DNA of 64,000 bases, taken from contig SUUJ01000003.1 in assembly GCA_015062585.1 (NCBI GenBank), positions 101,774 through 165,773 of the forward strand. Reading direction: 5' to 3'. Source of the stretch: Alphaproteobacteria bacterium (GTDB lineage: Bacteria > Pseudomonadota > Alphaproteobacteria > RF32 > CAG-239). Below the pieces are notes generated by a model, which saw nothing but the letters and a program-made list of their open reading frames with translations, was not told the origin of the DNA and ran no database searches. Shown here piece by piece: positions 26,082 through 34,125 of the stretch (positions are counted from its first letter, which is position 1; the number at the start of each line of letters is the position of its first letter). Position numbers and translations under genes: made by a program.

Positions 26082-26122
26082 AAAAAAAAGCCCCGCTTCT
26101 TTTTCAAAACGGGGCTATTTTA
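26082..26122 (-). terminator. Rho-independent (bidirectional) terminator downstream of hppA
   Basis: gccccg/cggggc stem flanked by A8 and T-rich runs. Confidence 0.6.
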
Positions 26123-26136
26123 CTTTGAAATAACGG

Positions 26137-28566
26137 CTAATCTTTAGCTGCCGGTTCAATTCTCATAGCGTAGAAAGAACGCCATACAAATATCAAACCG
26201 AGTACAAAGAAGCCTATTCCAAGTCCCAATGCCACACATTTTGGAGCGGCGACGGCCATTTCAACAGCCAACAATCCAAATAATGTGGTAAACTTAATAA
26301 TCGGGTTTAATGCAACTGATGATGTATCTTTATAAGGATCACCAACAGTATCGCCTACAACTGACGCATCATGTAAAGCTGTACCTTTTTCACCCAAATC
26401 AACTTCAACAACCTTTTTAGCGTTGTCCCAAGCGCCACCGGCATTAGCCATGTACAAAGCTTGGAAAAGACCAAATACGGCTATTGAAATCAAATAGCTG
26501 GCAAACAAACTTGCATCAAAGCACGCAAAAGCAATTGTAAATGAGAAAATTACAATAAATATGTTAAACATACCTTTTTGCGCATATACGGTACAAATTT
26601 GTACAACTTTCTTAGAATCTTCAATCGAAGCAGCTTTTGCTGTATTAAGCTTGATGTGTTTCTTAATATAGTTCACTGCACGATATGCACCTGTCGAAAC
26701 AGCCTGCATTGAAGCACCCGAGAACCAAAAGATAACGGCACCACCAAGGATAATACCGAACAACACCATCGGATCCAAAAGGTTAAGTTGCAAGTTCAAT
26801 AACAAGATTATTGAGAAAATCATGGTTGTCGCACCGATAACAGCAGTTCCGATTAGCACCGGTTTTGCAGTTGCCTTAAAGGTATTACCGGCAGAGTCAT
26901 TTTCTTCCAAAAAGTGCTTACCGCCTTCAAAATCAGGTTTAAATCCATAAGTTTTCTCGATTTCTTTATCGATTCCCTTAATACTTTCGATTTGTGATAA
27001 TTCAAATACTGATTGAGCATTGTCGGTAACCGGACCATAAGAGTCAACGGCAATAGTAACAGGGCCCATACCAAGCATACCGAATGCCACCAAACCAAAA
27101 GCAAAAATTGTCGGATAAACCATAAAAGCATCCAAACCGCTTCTGGCAGTAAAGAAAGCCACAGCCATAAGACCGACCATAACCAATCCTTGCCAAAAAG
27201 CAGAGAAGTTGCCGGCAACAATACCGGAAATAATGTTCAATGAAGCACCGGCCTCACGCGAAGCATTAACAACTTCTTCAACATGTTTAGATTTTGATGA
27301 TGTAAAGATTTTGGTAAATTCCGGTATCAAAGCAGCTGCCATCGTACCGCAAGAAATAATGACCGAAAGTTTCCACCACAAATCCGGCGACATTTCACCA
27401 ATCATAACATAAGAAACACCGAAGGTTACGGCAATTGAAACAACTGCTGTCAACCAAATCAAACTGGTCAACGGAGTTTCAAAGTTAAATGCTTTTTTAT
27501 TTCCATACAAAGCCTTGGCGACACCACTGTTAATCCAATAAGAAACAATAGATGTCAAAACCATCAGCAAGCGCATTGCAAAAATCCAAACAATCAAGCG
27601 AGCTTGGATATCGATTCCATTGTTAAGCATTACCAAATCACCGTTTTTAGCCCACATCATACCGGCACCCAAAACGATAAATGAAATCAAAGCAACACCT
27701 GTAACACCATATGTTTCAAAACCATCGGCAGTAGGGCCAACGCTATCACCGGCATTATCACCGGTACAATCGGCAATCACACCTGGGTTTCTTGCATCAT
27801 CTTCATCAATTTTGAATATAATTTTCATCAAGTCTGCACCGATATCCGCGATTTTGGTAAAAATACCACCGCAAATACGCAATGCCGAAGCACCCAATGA
27901 TTCACCTATTGCAAAACCGATAAAACAAGCACCCGCGTTTTCTTTATCAACAAACAAAAGTATTGAAATCATCATAACAAGTTCAACACAAATAAGTAAA
28001 ACGCCGATAGACATTCCCGAACGCAAAGGCAAACTCATCACCGGAAAAGGTTTTCCCTTCAATGACAAGAAAGCCGTACGCGAGTTTGCATAGGTGTTAA
28101 TTCTCATACCAAACCATGCTACCGCATATGAACCCAAAATTCCCAATACTGACCACGCCAAAACTGTCATTACTTTCGGTAACGGAGTTGCATTTAAGTA
28201 ATAGAAATAATAGAAAATACACACGGCAATAAATACTTCTAACACTATCAACAATTTTGCCTGCTGTTTCATATATGTTTTGCAAGTTTCGTAAATAGTG
28301 TGCGAAACATTTAACATAGCCTTATGCGCCGGCAATTTTTTGATTCCGAAAAATTCACCCAAGCCGAACAACAATCCGACTAAGCACACACCCAATCCGT
28401 ACAACAAAATTTGCGATCCGGTAAGCGAAAGCCCAAAAATGTTATAAGCAACATCAAGTGATGGAATTTTCAAATCAATTTCCGAAGCTAAGGCATTTGA
28501 ACCAAAAGACAGCAAAGCTATCAAAGTCCAAAAAGTTACATCCTTAATTTTTCTAAAATTTATCAT
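26137..28566 (-). CDS. hppA: Membrane-bound proton- or sodium-translocating pyrophosphatase (V-PPase)
   Basis: DNAGDSVGPTADGFETYG and DTVGDPYKDTSSVALNPIIK match conserved V-PPase motifs (GDTIGDPxKDTSGP). 809-aa polytopic membrane protein. Confidence 0.85.
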   Translation of the reverse strand: MINFRKIKDVTFWTLIALLSFGSNALASEIDLKIPSLDVAYNIFGLSLTGSQILLYGLGVCLVGLLFGLGEFFGIKKLPAHKAMLNVSHTIYETCKTYMKQQAKLLIVLEVFIAVCIFYYFYYLNATPLPKVMTVLAWSVLGILGSYAVAWFGMRINTYANSRTAFLSLKGKPFPVMSLPLRSGMSIGVLLICVELVMMISILLFVDKENAGACFIGFAIGESLGASALRICGGIFTKIADIGADLMKIIFKIDEDDARNPGVIADCTGDNAGDSVGPTADGFETYGVTGVALISFIVLGAGMMWAKNGDLVMLNNGIDIQARLIVWIFAMRLLMVLTSIVSYWINSGVAKALYGNKKAFNFETPLTSLIWLTAVVSIAVTFGVSYVMIGEMSPDLWWKLSVIISCGTMAAALIPEFTKIFTSSKSKHVEEVVNASREAGASLNIISGIVAGNFSAFWQGLVMVGLMAVAFFTARSGLDAFMVYPTIFAFGLVAFGMLGMGPVTIAVDSYGPVTDNAQSVFELSQIESIKGIDKEIEKTYGFKPDFEGGKHFLEENDSAGNTFKATAKPVLIGTAVIGATTMIFSIILLLNLQLNLLDPMVLFGIILGGAVIFWFSGASMQAVSTGAYRAVNYIKKHIKLNTAKAASIEDSKKVVQICTVYAQKGMFNIFIVIFSFTIAFACFDASLFASYLISIAVFGLFQALYMANAGGAWDNAKKVVEVDLGEKGTALHDASVVGDTVGDPYKDTSSVALNPIIKFTTLFGLLAVEMAVAAPKCVALGLGIGFFVLGLIFVWRSFYAMRIEPAAKD

Positions 28567-28720
28567 TTCTGATTCCTATAAACAGGTTAATACAATTTAT
28601 AAAAATACAACAAACAACCCCAAAAAAATCAGGCTGTCGATTCGTTATATTATGAGCAAATCATATGCCAAGAGTCTAAACAATAGGTTAATCTCAAGTA
28701 AACTTTTACAAGATTCTTTT

Positions 28721-29278
28721 CTAAAGCATTATAATCAATCCTGCAGCAATACCTGCATACAATATGATTCCCAAAAAATGCATTCTTGCCACCTTAAAAT
28801 CTGCTGCCGATGGCATCGCATTTTCTATTATTATAGTTTGCAATAAAACATACAAAATATAGTTTGTAACTGTAGGTGTCATAGTAGGTAAAAAATACCT
28901 GTTCAAATAAAACCCTATCGGCAACAACATCAGCGGCGCCATTGATGATGGTATGGCGTTATAAAATGTAATATTGGTAAAACCTACGCTTCCCATTACA
29001 TAGCCGTTTTCATTTCTTCTTGGCATCAAAGTAAAGTTGCATGGTTTTGCATTAAGCAATAACCCTACAATAAAGTGCATTGTTTCATGCAATATTGTTC
29101 CCGGTAAATTTATTAAAGCACACAACAACATCGATTTATAAGTAGCGTTTTTAAGATGAACTAAAACAATCACCAGCAAAATAAGATAAAATCTGTTATC
29201 AAAAAACGACTGCAAAAAAGTAAAAGAATTGATTTTTCCTACCAATAACATCCATTTATAATATAATTGATCAAGCAT
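28721..29278 (-). CDS. Membrane-embedded putative zinc metallopeptidase (HExxH, DUF3267-like)
   Basis: LHETMHFIVG HExxH inside a polytopic 185-aa membrane protein. Paralogous to 32277-32954. Same strand as the adjacent TetR gene, 2 nt downstream of it. Confidence 0.45.
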   Translation of the reverse strand: MLDQLYYKWMLLVGKINSFTFLQSFFDNRFYLILLVIVLVHLKNATYKSMLLCALINLPGTILHETMHFIVGLLLNAKPCNFTLMPRRNENGYVMGSVGFTNITFYNAIPSSMAPLMLLPIGFYLNRYFLPTMTPTVTNYILYVLLQTIIIENAMPSAADFKVARMHFLGIILYAGIAAGLIIML

Positions 29279-29279
29279 C

Positions 29280-29921
29280 TTATTTCGCTCCCTTTAATAA
29301 GGCCAGTCCGGCCACATATGTATTCATCAATAACTTACACAAATTACCTCTATTTAAATCCGATTTCAAATTAAGAGCATTTCCAAGCAAATATCCGCTC
29401 AAAGAAAACAGACTCATTTCCAACACTTTTATTGCTATCTTCTTTTCTTTTTTTCCGATTCCGCCTATCAATTTGGCAACCTGGGCGCTTATCAAAATAT
29501 CGATTTTTTTTATAACTTTTGCAATTGCAATCGAGCTTCTTTTTGCATTAACCGAAAGCTGTGTACAATATAACAAATACCATAAATTAGGATTCTCATT
29601 TATATACATTGTCAACACATCAGCATAACGATTCAGATTATTAAACGGATTCTTTCCTAATACTACCGATTCCATTTTCTCATAAAGATCTGACAATGTT
29701 ATGAAATTTTGTTCGGATATATAGTTATCCATTGTTCCGAATATGTTGTAAACCATTCCCACCGACGAATTTGCTTCTGCAGCTAATTTTCTCGCACTCA
29801 GTGCTTCAACACCTTTTTCAACAACAATTCTTCTACCCGTTTTTAACAAAGCTTCTTTAGTTTTATCCTTTACAAAAGCTTTCAAACGAATATCTTTCAA
29901 ATCGACCATTTGTTTATCCAT
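29280..29921 (-). CDS. TetR-family transcriptional regulator
   Basis: N-terminal HTH LSARKLAAEANSSVGMVYNIF. 213 aa. Confidence 0.75.
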   Translation of the reverse strand: MDKQMVDLKDIRLKAFVKDKTKEALLKTGRRIVVEKGVEALSARKLAAEANSSVGMVYNIFGTMDNYISEQNFITLSDLYEKMESVVLGKNPFNNLNRYADVLTMYINENPNLWYLLYCTQLSVNAKRSSIAIAKVIKKIDILISAQVAKLIGGIGKKEKKIAIKVLEMSLFSLSGYLLGNALNLKSDLNRGNLCKLLMNTYVAGLALLKGAK

Positions 29922-30015
29922 TTACTTTAATAAAAAATTTGTATATATATAACTATACTAAACACAAGAAACTTAAGTATTCAATTTAATTTTTGACATT
30001 TAAGGATATTTTATT

Positions 30016-30894
30016 ATGAAACAGCTCCTTATTTCTTTTATTATAACAATTTTTCTGATATCTGTATCAAAAGCGCAAGATATGGCTATGGATCAAAGCT
30101 TTTTATTCGACGAAGAAGACCAAGTTGTACGCGCCCAAGATTACACCGACGAAAACAGTGAAGAAAATAAGGTGGCTGAAATATCTGCCGATGAAATGAA
30201 CGATGCCGTAAATCAAGCAAAAAACTTACTTAATACCAAGCCTGCAAAATTACCAAAAATAAAACTTCCGAACATGTCTTTTTCCAAACCGGCCTCCTCC
30301 GGACATATTCTTTCTGCCGAAAACTTAAAAATTGCGCCTTTTGGTTTGCTTTGGGGAGCTGATCAAGCCTCTACCCTAAATCAAGGAATAAAATTGCAAA
30401 AAACTGACATGAAAGACTATGTAAACAGCTTTTTAGCAACATCGTTACCAAAACCCATTGATTTTTTCAATCGTGTGTATGCTGTTTTTGGCAAAGACGA
30501 CAAACTTTATCGTATTCTTTCATATAGCGAATTTATTGAAGACGATTCGTCTGCCACCAAAGGCATGGATGCCTACAACAAATACTCAGCTCTACTCGAA
30601 AAAAAATACGGAAATAAACAAGTATTCTTCACACCGGCAGTTGTTGAAAAAACAATAAAAAATTCTCAAGGAAAAGATGAAATTACCAAAGAGAATGCTC
30701 CCTTAGGCAATCCTGACTTTTTAAACCAACTTGCCTCAGGTTCGGCTGTCTTATATTCTACCTATAATAATCAAGATGTTGCTGCCGCTTTAAGCATAGG
30801 TGTTGACGGCGACAAAAAAAGCTATATAGTAATCGACTATAAAAATTTAAGCATTCTCAAAGAACAAGAACAAGAAACTTTGGATGCACTGTAA
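30016..30894 (+). CDS. Hypothetical secreted protein
   Basis: Signal peptide (IITIFLISVSKAQD) followed by an acidic region. 292 aa, no known domain. Confidence 0.5.
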   Translation: MKQLLISFIITIFLISVSKAQDMAMDQSFLFDEEDQVVRAQDYTDENSEENKVAEISADEMNDAVNQAKNLLNTKPAKLPKIKLPNMSFSKPASSGHILSAENLKIAPFGLLWGADQASTLNQGIKLQKTDMKDYVNSFLATSLPKPIDFFNRVYAVFGKDDKLYRILSYSEFIEDDSSATKGMDAYNKYSALLEKKYGNKQVFFTPAVVEKTIKNSQGKDEITKENAPLGNPDFLNQLASGSAVLYSTYNNQDVAAALSIGVDGDKKSYIVIDYKNLSILKEQEQETLDAL

Positions 30895-30917
30895 AAATAT
30901 AAGGACTTTAGGATAAT

Positions 30918-32273
30918 ATGAAAAAAATAGCTTTTAGCGGAGCCTCCGGCAATGGTATAAGTCCGCTTGAACAAATTATGACACTAAAAGGGTATACTGT
31001 CTACGGAACTGACCACAGTTTTGACATTGGCAAAGACGCCGAGCGTAAAAAAGCGCTCAGCGATGTTGGTATAAATATCGTGCACCAAGACGGTTCAGCT
31101 ATTACCGATGACATAGAATTTCTTTGTGTATCAGCCGCGATAAAAGATTCAAACCCTGATGTCAAAAAAGCAAAAGAAAAAAATATACCTATAAAATTTC
31201 GCTCTGATTTGTTAAGAGAGATTTTTTCTCAATATCCTTATGGTATTGCTGTTGGCGGAACTGCCGGAAAAACAACAACAACAGCTATGATAGGCTATGT
31301 ATTGGAAACCCTAAACAAAAAACCTTGCATGATAAACGGCGGTGCTTTATGCAACTTTCAAAACAACAAGGGAATACCCAATTACATCTACAATGAAGGC
31401 GATATCTGTGTAATAGAGGCAGACGAAAGCGATGGGTCAATAACCAAGTACAAACCTTTTGTCGGCATTGTAAACAATGTTTCGCATGACCATACATCTA
31501 TGGAAAAGCTTATGGAATATTTTACAACTTTTGCCAACAATTCTCAAAACATTGTTATAAATTTGGATTGCCCATACAGTTCACAAATAAAGCATTCTTC
31601 ATATAAAACATTTTCAACCAAAAATCCGCAAGCTGATTTTTATGCTCACGATATTACTGCCACCGCCAATGGTGTAGAATATATGTTTATGGGCGAAAAA
31701 TTTCAGCTTCAAATGTTAGGCGCATTTAATGTTTCAAACGCCTTAGCAACCATTACTGCCTGTTCATTTTTAAATATCGATCCGAAAATCTGTGCCAAAA
31801 CATTGGAAGGTTTTCTCGGTATAAAAACAAGGTTGGAAAAAATCGGTTCAAAAAACAATATAACCATATACAATGACTTTGCTCACAACCCCAGCAAAAT
31901 CAGAGCGTCTTTAGAAGCTCTCAAAGCTTATTCCGGACGCATTATTGCAATGTATCAACCTCACACACCTTTTTCGGCCATAAATACAGGTAATGAAATG
32001 GCTCAAGAAATAGCTCAAGTTTTGGAAGAAAACGATATAATGATACTGCAAGAAATCTACGAGTTGACCAAAGACGATGTCGGCATAACTTCTGATAATA
32101 TTGTAAAAGAAATAATAAACAACGGCCACAAAAACGCCATGTTTTTACCGACAAAATCTGATACAAAGGAATTTATCGTAAACAATGTCAAACAAGGTGA
32201 TAGAATTATCATCATGGGCGCTCACGATAATTCACTGGCTGATTTTTGCCGCGAAATTTTGGAAGCCATTTAG
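30918..32273 (+). CDS. Mur ligase family protein (MurC/Mpl-like)
   Basis: GIAVGGTAGKTTTTAMI Mur-ligase P-loop; NDFAHNPSKIRASLEA resembles the MurC/Mpl DxxHHP region. 451 aa. Not located in a dcw cluster. Confidence 0.65.
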   Translation: MKKIAFSGASGNGISPLEQIMTLKGYTVYGTDHSFDIGKDAERKKALSDVGINIVHQDGSAITDDIEFLCVSAAIKDSNPDVKKAKEKNIPIKFRSDLLREIFSQYPYGIAVGGTAGKTTTTAMIGYVLETLNKKPCMINGGALCNFQNNKGIPNYIYNEGDICVIEADESDGSITKYKPFVGIVNNVSHDHTSMEKLMEYFTTFANNSQNIVINLDCPYSSQIKHSSYKTFSTKNPQADFYAHDITATANGVEYMFMGEKFQLQMLGAFNVSNALATITACSFLNIDPKICAKTLEGFLGIKTRLEKIGSKNNITIYNDFAHNPSKIRASLEALKAYSGRIIAMYQPHTPFSAINTGNEMAQEIAQVLEENDIMILQEIYELTKDDVGITSDNIVKEIINNGHKNAMFLPTKSDTKEFIVNNVKQGDRIIIMGAHDNSLADFCREILEAI

Positions 32274-32276
32274 TTG

Positions 32277-32954
32277 TTATAAACCTATCACAGCCAAAAG
32301 TTTGTCCCAATTTTTTGCATTTAAATGTAAAATAAGATTAGAATATGTGATTATTCCATCCCAACTTTTTGAGTTAAAAGCCAAAACCGAGCCAATCATC
32401 CATAAATTGGCCGGAAACAAAAACACAGCACAAAACGGATATCCCACCTTTGGCAAGTCAGTCTGTTTTTCATGAATTTGCGAACCCACCATATCAAAGT
32501 GAAATCCGACAAAAAAACCTAAGATAAAACTTAATATAAAATTAGACGGAGCAAACATTGTATATATGCTTATTCCAACCATGATCATCAAACAATAAAG
32601 AGGAAAAAAATAAGGGGCTATAACAATCAACCAGTTTCCTTCACCTTCGAATGACATAGCACCGCCGGTATCATCCTGATTTATTTTGATTCCCTTTATC
32701 TTGTGAAATGTAATCAACGCAAAAAACGCGTGAGTTAACTCATGTGCCAACACTTCCATACTGGCTCTTGTTGACCCGTCCATAAAAGAACGAGCTATAA
32801 AAAACAAGAAAAATCCGGCACACATTGCCACATATTTCAAGTCGGTAAACTTGAAAAAATCTACTGACTTTATAAGCGCAGGTATCGAAAACAGCAAAAA
32901 AATTGCCACCGGCCATTTAAATAAATTTATCAATCGGTCAAGAATTGCATTCAT
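32277..32954 (-). CDS. Membrane-embedded putative zinc metallopeptidase (HExxH), paralog of 28721-29278
   Basis: LAHELTHAFFAL HExxH. Same topology as the other copy. 225 aa. Confidence 0.45.
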   Translation of the reverse strand: MNAILDRLINLFKWPVAIFLLFSIPALIKSVDFFKFTDLKYVAMCAGFFLFFIARSFMDGSTRASMEVLAHELTHAFFALITFHKIKGIKINQDDTGGAMSFEGEGNWLIVIAPYFFPLYCLMIMVGISIYTMFAPSNFILSFILGFFVGFHFDMVGSQIHEKQTDLPKVGYPFCAVFLFPANLWMIGSVLAFNSKSWDGIITYSNLILHLNAKNWDKLLAVIGL

Positions 32955-33086
32955 AAAAAAACCTCTTTTCGCTTACAAGCTTACCTCTTATAAATTATCT
33001 TTTCATTATTAAAATAAAAACTATTAACATTTCTTCAATACTTATCTTGTAGCATCAAAAACATCCGCAAACAAAGAGGAAAAACA

Positions 33087-33389
33087 ATGGAAAACAAAGA
33101 CATAAACACTTATGATTTTTTAATTAACGAAGATGACGAGGTTATGCTTCTTTTGTATGCAAAAGATTCTTCCGTATCCGACCCTCAAATCATTATTAAC
33201 GAACAATCTTCTTCCGGTGTTTTATATCGCAATAAAAATGATGGTGTCGAAATAAAAGACATACCCGACGATGTTTTAGACATTCTTTTAGGGCAAGAAA
33301 AACTGTTAGTGTGTGAATTATCGTTTGAAGACAACGATGATGACACTAAAATAGCCAACGCTTACGAAACTACTGTTTTGTTCCAATAA
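33087..33389 (+). CDS. Hypothetical acidic protein
   Basis: 100-aa ORF, highly acidic, followed by a terminator. Confidence 0.4.
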   Translation: MENKDINTYDFLINEDDEVMLLLYAKDSSVSDPQIIINEQSSSGVLYRNKNDGVEIKDIPDDVLDILLGQEKLLVCELSFEDNDDDTKIANAYETTVLFQ

Positions 33390-33390
33390 A

Positions 33391-33415
33391 AAACCCGCTT
33401 TACAAAAACGGGTTT
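33391..33415. terminator. Bidirectional rho-independent terminator
   Basis: aaacccg-ctttacaaaaa-cgggttt hairpin with flanking A and T runs. Lies between convergent genes. Confidence 0.65.
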
Positions 33416-33422
33416 ACTTAAT

Positions 33423-33983
33423 TTAAGCTTTTGTAACTACGACCATTGCTTCGCGCAATATCCTGTCATTTATCATATATCCGGTTTGTATTTCCGCAAC
33501 GATTGTTCCGGCTGGTTTATCTTTGTCCGGCACTTCTTGTACCACCTGATGATAATTAGGATCAAAAACCGTTCCCATAATATCCATTTTATGTATGTTA
33601 AACTTATCAAAAACCTTGGTCAGCTCATTTTGAGTAAGCTCAACACCTTTTAACAAACCTTCACAGGCCGGATTTTCTTCTTTTGACGCAACATCAATTG
33701 CGCGTTGTAAATTATCAGCCACACCAAGCAAGTTTTTGGCAAAATTAGCTATGGCAAACTTATTATTTTTTTCAATTTCTTGCTGGCATCTTTTCTTTGT
33801 ATTTTCTGCTTCGGCAAAAGCTCTTAAATAGTCATCTTTAAGCTTCGCGTTTTCTTCCATCAATTTTTCCAAAACCAAGGCTTCTTTATTTTCTGTTTCG
33901 TCACTTGTCGATTCTTTTTCTTCTTCGACAGACTCTTCAACAGCATCTTCTAAATCTTCATTTTCTTCTAAATTATCACTCAT
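33423..33983 (-). CDS. grpE: Nucleotide exchange factor GrpE
   Basis: LKDDYLRAFAEAENTKKRCQQE matches the GrpE signature. 186 aa with an acidic N-terminus. Confidence 0.85.
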   Translation of the reverse strand: MSDNLEENEDLEDAVEESVEEEKESTSDETENKEALVLEKLMEENAKLKDDYLRAFAEAENTKKRCQQEIEKNNKFAIANFAKNLLGVADNLQRAIDVASKEENPACEGLLKGVELTQNELTKVFDKFNIHKMDIMGTVFDPNYHQVVQEVPDKDKPAGTIVAEIQTGYMINDRILREAMVVVTKA

Positions 33984-34125
33984 TTTACTACTCTATAAAA
34001 CAAAACATATTACAACATTCAAATATATACTCAAATTTAGTGACTAATCCTTGACAAGTCAAGAGCAATAACTATTATCATAAGTATAATAACAATTATT
34101 TTAAGGTTTCGAAAGATAAATATAA

